A stretch of DNA of 59,128 nucleotides, counting the filler. It is 6 parts of 6 records of this genome, joined end to end, with 100 filler letters (N's around TTAATTAATTAA, not from the genome) between each part and the next. Parts side by side here need not be neighbours in the genome. Positions count along the whole stretch, not along the records: positions 1 to 19,485 come from DRR723986_6926; positions 19,586 to 26,065 come from DRR723986_6927; positions 26,166 to 33,675 come from DRR723986_6931; 3 more parts are not named here. One strand, given 5' to 3'. How positions within the stretch are numbered: position 1 is the first letter of the stretch; each line of letters begins with the position of its first letter. Shown here piece by piece: positions 18,321-27,322 of this stretch. The translations under genes were made by a program, and so were the position numbers. The notes beneath the pieces were generated by a model. That model worked only from the letters and a program-made list of their open reading frames with translations, had not been told where the DNA came from and did not search any database.

Positions 18321-19382
18321 ATGACCACCACAACCCGCCGAGCCTCCCTGACATACTTTCACTGGCCCTTCATCGTGACCGCCCTCGGGCTGGCCGCCGG
18401 AGCCCTTCTTGGCTGGCAGACCGAGGGGTCGGTCGCGGGGATGGGGCGCGTCTTCTTCATCTGCGCCGTTCTGGCGGTGCTGGAAATCTCGCTCTCCTTC
18501 GACAACGCCATCGTCAACGCGAACAAGCTCAAGGACATGACACCGCTCTGGCAACGCCGCTTCCTCACATGGGGCATCCTCATCGCGGTCTTCGGGATGC
18601 GCATCGTCTTTCCGCTGCTCATCGTCGTCGTCGCGGCCCGGATCGGACCCATCGAGGCCATCAGGCTCGCCGCCGCGCAGCCAGAGGAATACGCCCGGAT
18701 CATGCACGAGGCGCATCTGCCCATCGCGGCCTTCGGCGGCACCTTCCTGATGATGGTCGCGCTCAACTACTTTCTGGACGACGAAAAGGACATCCACTGG
18801 CTGCACTGGATCGAAAGCCGGATGGCCCGCTTCGCCACCATCCGGGGTCTGGAAACCGCGGTCGTCCTGATCCTGATCATCGGCTTCTCCCAGCTCCTGC
18901 CAGAGGGGGAGAGCGCGCAGTTCATCAAGTCCGCGATCTACGGCCTGCTGACCTTTCTCTGCGTCGAGGTTCTGGGCGAGATTCTGGACAGCAGCCAATC
19001 GACCACGAAGACCGCCGCGCAGGGCGGGCTCGGCGCCTTTCTCTACCTCGAGGTGCTGGACGCCTCCTTTTCCTTCGACGGGGTCATCGGGGCCTTCGCG
19101 CTCAGCCAGAACCTCTTCATCATCGCGATCGGGCTCGGGATCGGCGCGATGTATGTGCGTTCCATGACGATCATGCTGGTCGAGCGGGGCACCCTGTCGC
19201 AATACCGCTACCTCGAACACGGGGCCTTCTACGCCATCCTCGTGCTCTCGGTGATCATGTTCGTGCAAACCCTTGTCCATGTCCCCGAGACCATCACCGG
19301 ACTTGGGGGCGCCTGTCTGATCGGCGTCGCGCTTCTGTCCTCGATCCGGTGGAACAGGGCCAACCCCGGCGGCTGCGATTAA
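18321..19382 (+). CDS. DUF475 (TerC-related) integral membrane protein
   Basis: LEISLSFDNAIVNA, FLYLEVLDASFSFDGVIGAFA and YRYLEHGAFYAI motifs. Confidence 0.9.
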   Translation: MTTTTRRASLTYFHWPFIVTALGLAAGALLGWQTEGSVAGMGRVFFICAVLAVLEISLSFDNAIVNANKLKDMTPLWQRRFLTWGILIAVFGMRIVFPLLIVVVAARIGPIEAIRLAAAQPEEYARIMHEAHLPIAAFGGTFLMMVALNYFLDDEKDIHWLHWIESRMARFATIRGLETAVVLILIIGFSQLLPEGESAQFIKSAIYGLLTFLCVEVLGEILDSSQSTTKTAAQGGLGAFLYLEVLDASFSFDGVIGAFALSQNLFIIAIGLGIGAMYVRSMTIMLVERGTLSQYRYLEHGAFYAILVLSVIMFVQTLVHVPETITGLGGACLIGVALLSSIRWNRANPGGCD

Positions 19383-19485
19383 GGCGTCGGGCGGGGCGAA
19401 GATGGTCTTCGGGGGGATTATTGTCTGACAGGATAGGCGAGGACGCGCGCCGGCCCGCCCCCCTGCCGACAGGTCCCTGCCGGGG

Positions 19486-19585
19486 NNNNNNNNNNNNNNN
19501 NNNNNNNNNNNNNNNNNNNNNNNNNNNNNTTAATTAATTAANNNNNNNNNNNNNNNNNNNNNNNNNNNNNNNNNNNNNNNNNNNN
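19486..19585. other. Artificial contig spacer
   Basis: N44-TTAATTAATTAA-N44, giving stops in all six frames. Confidence 0.98.
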
Positions 19586-19637
19586 AGCGGCCGCGCAATG
19601 CGCGGCCGATGTGTCAAACGCCAGAATAAGCGGGGTC

Positions 19638-20198
19638 TCAGGCAACCGGGCGCACCTCGGTCACTTCGGGGATGTAGTGGCGAAGCAGGTTTTCGATACC
19701 CATTTTCAGCGTCAGCGTCGAAGAGGGGCAGCCCGCGCAGGCGCCTTGCATGTGCAGATAGACCACGCCACGGTCAAAGCCGTGGAATGTGATATCGCCG
19801 CCATCCTGTGCCACGGCGGGGCGCACGCGGCTGTCCAGCAATTCTTTGATCTGGCCAACGATTTCGCCATCTTCGCCGTCATGCGCGGCATGGCCAGAGC
19901 TGGCCTCGTGACCCTCGCCCATCACCGGCTGGCCGGATTGGAAATGTTCCATGATCGCCCCCAGAAGGGCAGGCTTGATGTGGTCCCATTCGATGCTGTC
20001 GGCCTTGGTCACGGTGACAAAGTCGGTGCCAAAGAAAACGCCGGTCACACCATCCACCGCAAACAGCCGTGTGGCCAAAGGGGAGGAACCAGCGGTGTCG
20101 GGCGTCGGGAAATCCGCCGTTCCCATTTCCAGAACGGATTGACCGGGCAGGAATTTCAACGTGGCCGGGTTCGGGGTGGATTCGGTTTGAATAAACAT
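19638..20198 (-). CDS. Nfu/NifU family Fe-S carrier/scaffold protein
   Basis: MFIQTESTPNPATLKFLPG N-domain; VRPAVAQDGGDI and GACAGCPSS (CxxC) C-domain. Confidence 0.96.
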   Translation of the reverse strand: MFIQTESTPNPATLKFLPGQSVLEMGTADFPTPDTAGSSPLATRLFAVDGVTGVFFGTDFVTVTKADSIEWDHIKPALLGAIMEHFQSGQPVMGEGHEASSGHAAHDGEDGEIVGQIKELLDSRVRPAVAQDGGDITFHGFDRGVVYLHMQGACAGCPSSTLTLKMGIENLLRHYIPEVTEVRPVA

Positions 20199-20225
20199 CG
20201 CGGTGTCCTCAGATGGCTTGGCTTT

Positions 20226-20255
20226 GATATGCGCCCTGAGGGGCGAAGTGTCAAG
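20226..20255 (-). promoter_or_regulatory. RpoH-like promoter of the nfu gene
   Basis: Minus strand CTTGAC-N18-CATATC resembles alphaproteobacterial heat-shock promoters. Confidence 0.45.
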
Positions 20256-20256
20256 A

Positions 20257-20273
20257 TTTGGAACGATTCTAAA
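20257..20273. promoter_or_regulatory. Irr iron control element (ICE)
   Basis: TTTGGAACGATTCTAAA fits the ICE consensus TTTRGAAYNRTTCYAAA and sits just upstream of the -35 of an Fe-S scaffold gene. Confidence 0.8.
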
Positions 20274-20281
20274 CGCTGCAA

Positions 20282-20740
20282 TCAGGTGATCGCCTCAAGC
20301 CGTTCCTTGCTCAGATCGCCGGGCACAATGGTGATTGGCACCGGCAGAGTACCGGCAGAGCGGGACATTTGCGTGACCAGCGGACCCGGCCCTTTTTTCT
20401 TGTCCGAACTGGCACCCAGAACCAGCACGCCGATTTCGGGATCATCGGCAATCTGTTGAATGATCTCATCGACGGGCTGACCTTCGCGGATCACCAGTTC
20501 GGGATCGACCCCCTGTTTGTCGCGCATCCATTTGGCGAAAACCTCAAAATGCACCTCGATCCGCTCACGGGCCTCTTCGCGCATGATGTCACCGACGCCG
20601 ATCCAATGGTTGAACTCTTCCGGCGGGATCACCGCCAGTACCTCAACCCCGCCGCCCGTGTGAGCGGCCCTGAGCGCGGCAAAACGCATGGCATTGAGGC
20701 ATTCTGTACTGTCGTCCAGGACAACAAGGAACTTGCGCAT
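20282..20740 (-). CDS. Universal stress protein
   Basis: MRKFLVVLDDS, LVLGAS..GPGPLV and PITIVPG motifs. Confidence 0.93.
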   Translation of the reverse strand: MRKFLVVLDDSTECLNAMRFAALRAAHTGGGVEVLAVIPPEEFNHWIGVGDIMREEARERIEVHFEVFAKWMRDKQGVDPELVIREGQPVDEIIQQIADDPEIGVLVLGASSDKKKGPGPLVTQMSRSAGTLPVPITIVPGDLSKERLEAIT

Positions 20741-20841
20741 TTTCTGGTCTCCCTTGAGGGCGGATCATGACCTCAGTTCAGGCGCAGGGCAATCGCTATC
20801 TGCGGCTGGTGTGATCGGAATTGGGTGTCTGGACAGGGCGT

Positions 20842-21717
20842 TTACCGTTCGGAGGCGGCCCAGTCCCAATACATTTCGCGCACCCGGCGGGTCACGGGAT
20901 TGGCATTTGCACCCACTTCGTAAGCGGTGTCGTCAAAGGCTTTGACGGGGGTCACCTTCATCATGTTGCCGGACAGGAACACCTCATCCGCATCATGGAA
21001 ATCGTCAAAGGACAGGACGGTTTCATGCACTTTGATGCCATCGGCCTGCATGTTCTTGATGTGCCGCGCACGGGTGATGCCCGCCAGGAATGTGCCATTG
21101 GGGATCGGTGTGAACACTTCACCGTCCTTGACCATAAACGCATTGGCAGAGGCACTTTCGGCGACATTTCCGGCCGCATCGGCCACCAAAGCGTTGCCGA
21201 ACCCTTTGGAGCGGGCCTCGACCATCATGCGGGCGTTGTTGGGATAAAGACAGCCTGCCTTGGCGTTCACGACATTGTCCTCAAGCACCGGACGGCGGAA
21301 ACGGGTGCGGGTCAGGGTTGTTGCGGCCTCGGGCGGGGCCATCGGGATCTCTTCGAGGCTGATGGCAAAGCCGGTTGCCCCTTCGCGCGGCACGATGCCC
21401 AGATCGTCCCCCGCCAGTGCCCAATACATCGGGCGGATGTAGACAGCGCTGTCACGGCCATAGCTTTTCAAGCCCTCGCGGACCATCTCGATCATGTCGT
21501 CGGTTTCAACGGTTGGTGTGATCATCAGCGCCTTGGCGGACCGGTTGATCCGGGCGCAATGCGCCTCAAGATCGGGGGACAGCCCGTCAAACAGGCGTGC
21601 GCCGTCAAACACGGTGGTGCCCAGCCATGCGCCGTGATCGGCGGCATTGATCACGGTCTTGTCGCCATCATGCCAAGCGCCGTCATAATAGGTTTTGATG
21701 TTGGTTCCGGTGGCCAT
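20842..21717 (-). CDS. Class IV PLP aminotransferase (branched-chain amino acid aminotransferase-like)
   Basis: VFDGAR, YIRP, PLP Lys (AKAGCLYPN), ESASAN, FLAGITR and DEVFLSG motifs. Confidence 0.93.
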   Translation of the reverse strand: MATGTNIKTYYDGAWHDGDKTVINAADHGAWLGTTVFDGARLFDGLSPDLEAHCARINRSAKALMITPTVETDDMIEMVREGLKSYGRDSAVYIRPMYWALAGDDLGIVPREGATGFAISLEEIPMAPPEAATTLTRTRFRRPVLEDNVVNAKAGCLYPNNARMMVEARSKGFGNALVADAAGNVAESASANAFMVKDGEVFTPIPNGTFLAGITRARHIKNMQADGIKVHETVLSFDDFHDADEVFLSGNMMKVTPVKAFDDTAYEVGANANPVTRRVREMYWDWAASER

Positions 21718-21734
21718 TTGGGTTGGTCCTGTTC

Positions 21735-21965
21735 TTATGGTGCGCTGCGGTAAATGCCCTCGGGCAGGTTCAGCGCCGCCGTCAAATCGCGCAGCTGATC
21801 TGGAGAGAGGGTGATTTTGGACACGCGGTCCGTGCGCGGATCCCATTGTTCAAAGGTGATCTCGCCTGCAAATGCCTGCACTGTCACATCTTCTCGGAGG
21901 GGGGCGCTGCCTTCGTCCACAAGGGTGATCACCGTGGCGTCGAATTCGTGTTCAATGGTAAACAT
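21735..21965 (-). CDS. Small conserved hypothetical protein (Roseobacter-type)
   Basis: MFTIEHEFDATVITLVDE...LNLPEGIY; protein-like composition and fits between neighbouring genes. Confidence 0.75.
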   Translation of the reverse strand: MFTIEHEFDATVITLVDEGSAPLREDVTVQAFAGEITFEQWDPRTDRVSKITLSPDQLRDLTAALNLPEGIYRSAP

Positions 21966-22092
21966 GGGGCAAACCTGATGGTTTCGGCGGGGCATTGCAA
22001 GCGCTGTGTCACGTGGTGGTGATCGGGGTGGCTCTCTGTGCGGGGCGTGCTAGATTGCACCGCAGCAGATGTTGCCCAAAGGACGTTGGCAA

Positions 22093-22812
22093 ATGATCAA
22101 AAAGACGATGTGTGCGATTGCCGCCGTGGCGGTGTTGGCAGCCTGCGAAGTGGCGCCCGTGCAGACCGAAGCGCAAGGCGGTTCAACTGCTGTATCACAG
22201 TCTTATTTGGCCAAGTTGCAACAAAACCAAGCTGTACGCAGGTTCGTTCACGTTGTTGAAGATGTCGAGCCGATAGCAGAGCAGGAATGTAGGGTTCGCA
22301 CCAGACGGATAAATTGCAATTTTTGGATTGTGGTGGATGTTCGCCCGGATGAGCCTGCCAATGCTTACCAGACTCTAGACAAATGGGGGCGTCCGGTTAT
22401 CGTCTTTACCCTGCAAATGATCAAAACAGCAAAAAATGCCGATGAACTGGCTTTCATATTGGGTCATGAGGCGGCGCACCATATTTCAGGGCATATTCCC
22501 CGCCAAAAATTTAACGCAATGGCTGGAGAAGTCATTCTGGCGGGCATCGCACTGTTGAACGGGGGAGATAACGCAGCCGTTCAAACAGCCCGTCGTGTTG
22601 GTGCGGATTACGGCGCCCGCGCTTATTCTAAAAGGTATGAATTGGAAGCCGATGCTCTGGGCACAGTCATAACCGCAAAGGCAGGCTATGATCCGATTAG
22701 GGGGGCTGAATTCTTTAACCGTATTCCAGATCCCGGTGACGTCTTCTTGGGAACGCATCCGCCAAATGCAGCCAGAATAGAGATCGTACAAGAGACAGCC
22801 GCTGATCTTTGA
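22093..22812 (+). CDS. M48 family metallopeptidase lipoprotein
   Basis: Lipobox LAAC; ELAFILGHEAAHH (HExxH), ELEADALG and THP motifs. Confidence 0.9.
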   Translation: MIKKTMCAIAAVAVLAACEVAPVQTEAQGGSTAVSQSYLAKLQQNQAVRRFVHVVEDVEPIAEQECRVRTRRINCNFWIVVDVRPDEPANAYQTLDKWGRPVIVFTLQMIKTAKNADELAFILGHEAAHHISGHIPRQKFNAMAGEVILAGIALLNGGDNAAVQTARRVGADYGARAYSKRYELEADALGTVITAKAGYDPIRGAEFFNRIPDPGDVFLGTHPPNAARIEIVQETAADL

Positions 22813-22885
22813 TCGTTGCACATTGGTATCATCGGCGACAAATGTGGGTTAGACTGAATAAGTAAGCACACCGCAGGAGAAACCA

Positions 22886-23242
22886 ATGAGCCGCAGCATT
22901 TTCACCCGCAGGGCTTGGATCGCCGGAGCTATGGCGGCTTGGCTGGCTGCTCCTGCAGTGGCGCAAACCATTGGGATCTCTGGTGTTTTCACTGCTGAGG
23001 GGCGCAACCCTGATGGGTCGGCCTATTCCGGTGTGGCAGTTGTGAACGAACAAAACGGATCGGTGCAGGTCACTTGGACCGTCGGCAGCCAGACCTACGC
23101 GGGCAGCGGCGTGCGGGATGGACAGGTTGTGGTGGTCAACTGGGGGCAGGCGCATCCCGTGATTTATGTGGTGATGGCCAATGGCAACCTGCATGGCACT
23201 TGGCAGAACGGCACCGCGTTAGAGCGGTTGACCCGCCGCTGA
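22886..23242 (+). CDS. Small secreted beta-rich protein (LIC10280-like)
   Basis: Signal peptide ending AVA; EGRNPDGSAYSG and GNLHGTW motifs; AGGAG RBS. Confidence 0.7.
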   Translation: MSRSIFTRRAWIAGAMAAWLAAPAVAQTIGISGVFTAEGRNPDGSAYSGVAVVNEQNGSVQVTWTVGSQTYAGSGVRDGQVVVVNWGQAHPVIYVVMANGNLHGTWQNGTALERLTRR

Positions 23243-23252
23243 GAGACAAAAC

Positions 23253-23606
23253 ATGCACAAGAAACTGGGCGTGATCCTAAGCGATCGCGGATCGAAATAT
23301 GCGGTGTCCGGCGGGCCTGCCAAGAACCGGGCCGAGGTAGACGCCCTGCTGAAATCGCTCAAGCGGGACAAAGCCTATGCCAAGGCGACGCATAACACTT
23401 GGGGGGTTCTGTTCGCAGACGGCACGCTGCTCAAGGGCGATGACGGGGAATCGGGCGCAGGCATGGTGATCCTGCGGATGCTGGAACGCGAAGGCCTGAC
23501 CGATCACGTGATTGTTGTGACCCGCTGGTATGGCGGCAAACATCTGGGCGGTGACCGGTTTCGCCATGTGCAGACCTGCGTAAGCGCCTATATCGACGGC
23601 GCGTGA
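23253..23606 (+). CDS. YigZ/IMPACT (UPF0029) single-domain protein
   Basis: DRGSKY, ATHN, DDGESGAG and VTRWYGGKHLGGDRF motifs. Confidence 0.9.
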   Translation: MHKKLGVILSDRGSKYAVSGGPAKNRAEVDALLKSLKRDKAYAKATHNTWGVLFADGTLLKGDDGESGAGMVILRMLEREGLTDHVIVVTRWYGGKHLGGDRFRHVQTCVSAYIDGA

Positions 23607-24229
23607 GCCCAAAGACTTAGCAAAATCGCGGCAAAGAAACAGGCCGAGGCGACCAATACAAACCCATGCCAGATCGCATTTTGGAACCGCATTCCCTTGT
23701 GGGCATAGACAAAGGTGCCAACTGAATAGGTCAGCCCGCCCGCCACGATCAGCGCCAATGCGCCGCCCGGCAGGGTCATCCACATCGGCCAGATCAGCAG
23801 AACCGACAGCCAGCCCATCAGCAGATAAAGCGCCAATGATCCGCGCCCGTCTGTGCCCCAGAACCACAGTTTGGCCACCGCGCCAAGGGCTGCCAGCGCC
23901 CAGACGATGCCAAGGATACCATAGGCAAACCCCGATCCGATCACCATCACCAATGGCGTGTAAGTTCCTGCAATCTTGAAATAAATCGCGGCGTGGTCGA
24001 TCCTATTCAGCACCGGGCGCAGCCCGTCATGCGGCGTCAGGTGATAAATCGCCGAGGCCATAAACGCAAAAATCATGCAGCCGGTATACAGCCCCGTTGA
24101 GGCCAGCGCGGTGCCGCTTTGCGCCGCTTGGATCAGCAAGATTACCGAGGCTGGCACCGCCAGCAACAGACCGGCCACATGGACCGCGCCATCGGCCAGC
24201 GTTTCCGCTTTGGAGTAAGGATAAGCCAT
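23588..24229 (-). CDS. Hemolysin III / PAQR family membrane protein
   Basis: SAIYH, DHAAIYFKIAGTYTP and NAIWHGFV motifs. Confidence 0.92.
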   Translation of the reverse strand: MAYPYSKAETLADGAVHVAGLLLAVPASVILLIQAAQSGTALASTGLYTGCMIFAFMASAIYHLTPHDGLRPVLNRIDHAAIYFKIAGTYTPLVMVIGSGFAYGILGIVWALAALGAVAKLWFWGTDGRGSLALYLLMGWLSVLLIWPMWMTLPGGALALIVAGGLTYSVGTFVYAHKGMRFQNAIWHGFVLVASACFFAAILLSLWAHAPSI

Positions 24230-24289
24230 AGGTCAAGCCTAGCAGCGGTTTGTAAACACGCCATGCATGACCCAGGGGAAAGCCGAGGA

Positions 24290-24661
24290 TTAGGCGCGTT
24301 TTTGCCGCCAGAGGTGCCAATGATAGATCAGCGGCGCGAGCAGGTGATCATAGCCCAGCACCGCCAGCCGATTGATCCCCGGCAGCGAAACCAGCCGTGC
24401 AAGCCAGCGATAGCGCGGGATCTCCTGCCACAGTTCGATAAAGGCCGGAATGCCTACAAACGTCTGCCCGTTTTTGCGCAGATGCAGCCGCCGGGCGGCC
24501 TGATCACCATCTATGCCCCAATCAACCAGCTTGGCCGGATCGTTCAGGTCATCATAGCGGATCGGGATCGCGGCCTTGGTGCTGGCCTTGGCGTAGTGAT
24601 CCATCTCGCGGCTGCAAACCGGACATTGGCCGTTGTACAAAACTTTGGTGTCGCTGCTCAT
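24290..24661 (-). CDS. DCC1-like thiol-disulfide oxidoreductase (DUF393)
   Basis: VLYNGQCPVCSRE (CxxC) and GIPAFIELW motifs. Confidence 0.88.
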   Translation of the reverse strand: MSSDTKVLYNGQCPVCSREMDHYAKASTKAAIPIRYDDLNDPAKLVDWGIDGDQAARRLHLRKNGQTFVGIPAFIELWQEIPRYRWLARLVSLPGINRLAVLGYDHLLAPLIYHWHLWRQKRA

Positions 24662-24700
24662 AACGCTCCAGATAGGACGCAGCGGCCCTGCGGCAACGGG

Positions 24701-25069
24701 TCAGCGCGGTTTATTGCTGTCGATCCAGCGCGACATCATGGTTTTGTCGCGAAAACACTCGTGCGGCACCGGATTGCGTTTAAGCCGCGCAATACGTTCG
24801 GCAAAGGCCACCTGTTTGGAGGAGGGATAATTGCTGAAACGGCCTTGCGGCGCGGGCGCTTTGTGCGCGTCGATCCACTTGGACAGCGCCGCGCGGTCGG
24901 CGGTGATCCCATCAGGCAGCGCCGCGCCGGACTTGGCGGACAGCACGCGGGCATAGGCGATCTGTTTCTCCGTCGCGGGCTGCGCGGCGGATCTGTGCGG
25001 TTCGGCCTCGACCGGCGCGGCCCCGCGTGCCGGGGAAAACAGACCGGGAAATGAGGGTTGGAAGGACAT
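24701..25069 (-). CDS. Hypothetical protein with an internal duplicated motif, probably SOS-regulated
   Basis: Repeat 1 ATEKQIAYA..LSKWIDAHK and repeat 2 PSSKQVAFA..MSRWIDSNK; GAGG RBS; LexA box upstream. Confidence 0.8.
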   Translation of the reverse strand: MSFQPSFPGLFSPARGAAPVEAEPHRSAAQPATEKQIAYARVLSAKSGAALPDGITADRAALSKWIDAHKAPAPQGRFSNYPSSKQVAFAERIARLKRNPVPHECFRDKTMMSRWIDSNKPR

Positions 25070-25098
25070 GATATGCACCTCTCTTAACGGTTGGTTAA

Positions 25099-25127
25099 GA
25101 TATAGAACATATAGGGAACATTTTCAA
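25099..25127 (-). promoter_or_regulatory. Alphaproteobacterial LexA box within a sigma70-like promoter
   Basis: GAAC-ATATAGG-GAAC at 25105-25119 (GTTC-N7-GTTC on the minus strand) lies in the spacer of TTGAAA-N17-TATATC. Confidence 0.8.
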
Positions 25128-25174
25128 GAGGGAGGGGAACATCGGCAGTTTCGCCCGCCTCGAAACACAACACG

Positions 25175-25317
25175 CGCCGTGCAGCGCCAGACCGCGGACT
25201 GGCGCATTTGGCCTAACAGTCTGGCAATTTATGGTGGATGATTAGGGCTTGGTATCGAGAGGGCGCACCCGGTCGCAAAAGCGCCAGACCGGTGGGGCGG
25301 TCTGGCGCTGCACGGCG
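25175..25317. repeat. 143-bp element with perfect 21-bp terminal inverted repeats (REP doublet/REPIN- or MITE-like)
   Basis: CGCCGTGCAGCGCCAGACCGC (25175-25195) and its exact reverse complement (25297-25317). Each end also forms its own hairpin. Confidence 0.75.
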
Positions 25318-25365
25318 GCTACGCCTTGACTCCGTGCTTGGGGGGAGGCCGTTGCCCCAAAAGCC

Positions 25366-26065
25366 CTAAACCACCCGCCCCCACAAATCATATTCACCGG
25401 CCTCTTCCACCTCGACCGTGACCAGATCACCAACCTTCAGATCGGCAAAGCCTTCGTCAATAAAGAGGTTCCCGTCGATCTCGGGCGCATCCGCCTTGGT
25501 GCGGCAAGTTGCGGCCTCTTCGTCCACCTCATCCACGATCACCTGCAGGGTCTGGCCCACTTTGGCCTCCAGCTTGGCCTCGGAAATCGCTTGGGCCTTG
25601 GCCATGAAACGGTCCCAACGGTCTTGTTTGACCTCAGGCGCCACATGGTCGGGCAGAGCATTTGACCGCGCGCCTTCGACGTTTTCATATTGAAAACAGC
25701 CGACCCGGTCGAGCTGCGCCTCATCCATCCAATCCAGCAGGGTCTGGAACTCTGCCTCGGTCTCGCCGGGATAGCCGACAATGAACGTGGACCGCAGGGT
25801 GATATCGGGGCAAACCTCGCGCCAGGCGGCAATCTCATCCAGCGTTCGGGACGCCGCCGCAGGCCGCGCCATGCGTTTGAGCACATCAGGATGCGCATGT
25901 TGGAACGGGATGTCGAGGTAAGGCAGGATCAGCCCCTCGGCCATCAGCGGGATCAGCTGGCGCACATGCGGATAGGGGTAAACGTAATGCAGGCGCACCC
26001 AAAGATCGCGCCCGGCCCCAAGCGCCCCAAGATCACGCGCCAGATCGGTGATATGGGCGCGGTGG
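25366..26065 (-). CDS. rimO: Ribosomal protein S12 methylthiotransferase RimO (5' truncated by gap)
   Basis: [35 protein letters not shown] and TRAM domain DAPEIDG motifs. Confidence 0.96.
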
Positions 26066-26165
26066 NNNNNNNNNNNNNNNNNNNNNNNNNNNNNNNNNNN
26101 NNNNNNNNNTTAATTAATTAANNNNNNNNNNNNNNNNNNNNNNNNNNNNNNNNNNNNNNNNNNNN
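26066..26165. other. Artificial contig spacer
   Basis: N44-TTAATTAATTAA-N44. Confidence 0.98.
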
Positions 26166-26167
26166 AG

Positions 26168-26518
26168 CTGTTTCACCGGGAGCGGGATATTCTGCGCCTG
26201 ACGTCCAATCGAGAGATTCCACTGTCTTTGTGCAAAGCCTGGTACAGCATCCAGCGCCAGCGTCCTGTCAACTATCGTACGGCGTTCAATCAGTTGCGGG
26301 CGGCAGCCCGGTTTCAGCCCTTGCCGCAGCGGCCCATGGCAGACGCCCTGCTGCTGGCGAGCAAGGGTGACCGTATTGTGCACTGGCATTGCAGCGCCGA
26401 ACTGGAACGGCGCTGGTGCTGGACGCTTCGGCTGCATCCGGATGCCGGGCACGACTTGCCGCTGGATGAACCCGGATGGATCATCCAGCAGATGGAACAT
26501 TGGTTGCCTGTTCAATAG
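26168..26518 (+). CDS. Alpha/beta hydrolase, C-terminal fragment
   Basis: LLLASKGDRIV (Asp) and AGHDLPLDEP (His) motifs; frame open from the contig edge. Confidence 0.75.
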   Translation: MFHRERDILRLTSNREIPLSLCKAWYSIQRQRPVNYRTAFNQLRAAARFQPLPQRPMADALLLASKGDRIVHWHCSAELERRWCWTLRLHPDAGHDLPLDEPGWIIQQMEHWLPVQ

Positions 26519-26595
26519 CGGTTGCTTGACGCAACTGTTTTTTGCGGTCACGCTCATTGGCGTCAATTCAACGAGTGAACGGAGCCAATAACAAG

Positions 26596-27213
26596 ATGAA
26601 ACTCTTCGAAACCCGAACCGCCCCCAATCCGCGTCGAGTGCGCATGTTCCTGGCCGAGAAAGGCTTGCTGGACCAGGTTGAACTGGTGCAGGTGGATATT
26701 GAAAAAGGGGAGAACCTGAGCCCGGACTTTGTTGCCCGCAACCCGATGAAGAAAGTGCCGGTGCTGGAACTGGATGACGCCACCTGCATTGCCGAAACCA
26801 TGGCCATCTGCCGCTATTTTGAGGAAAGCTATCCGGACACGCCCAGTCTGTTGGGTGAATCACCGCTGGAGAAAGCCCTGGTGGAGCAGTGGCTGCGCTG
26901 GATCGAATTCTATTTCATGATGCCCACCGGCATGTGCTTTCAGCACACCACCGGCTATTTCAAGGACCGGATGAACCCCATCAAGGAGTGGGGGGAGGAG
27001 TGCGGCCAGGGCGTCGAGAAATTCATGCATTTCCTGAACAAGCAGCTCGAGGGCAAGGAATACCTGTGCTGTGACCGGTTTACCGCCGCCGACATCAACG
27101 CTTTCACCACTGTGGCCTTTGCCCGGGTGGTCAATATCCGTATCAAGCCGGAACAGGAACACCTGCAGGCCTGGTTCGACCGGATCAAGGCGCGGCCTTC
27201 GGCGCAGGTCTGA
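26596..27213 (+). CDS. Glutathione S-transferase family protein
   Basis: APNPRRVRMFLAEKG, NPMKKVPVLELDD, ETMAICRY and FTAADI motifs. Confidence 0.94.
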   Translation: MKLFETRTAPNPRRVRMFLAEKGLLDQVELVQVDIEKGENLSPDFVARNPMKKVPVLELDDATCIAETMAICRYFEESYPDTPSLLGESPLEKALVEQWLRWIEFYFMMPTGMCFQHTTGYFKDRMNPIKEWGEECGQGVEKFMHFLNKQLEGKEYLCCDRFTAADINAFTTVAFARVVNIRIKPEQEHLQAWFDRIKARPSAQV

Positions 27214-27322
27214 AGTTTGCCGGTGACCTGAAGTCCGGCCGGCTGATAGTATCGCCTGATGGAACGGCGCGCCCTGTTCACACGGGGGCGCCAGGAGCGA
27301 GCCGTGCGACTTGAAGGATTGA

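Noticed and set aside
19530..19541. TTAATTAATTAA palindrome repeated five times
   Set aside because: Artificial six-frame stop linker centred in N runs; not biological.
26587..26594. AATAACAA Hfq/Crc-like motif before the GST start
   Set aside because: Short and common in A-rich leaders, with no supporting context.
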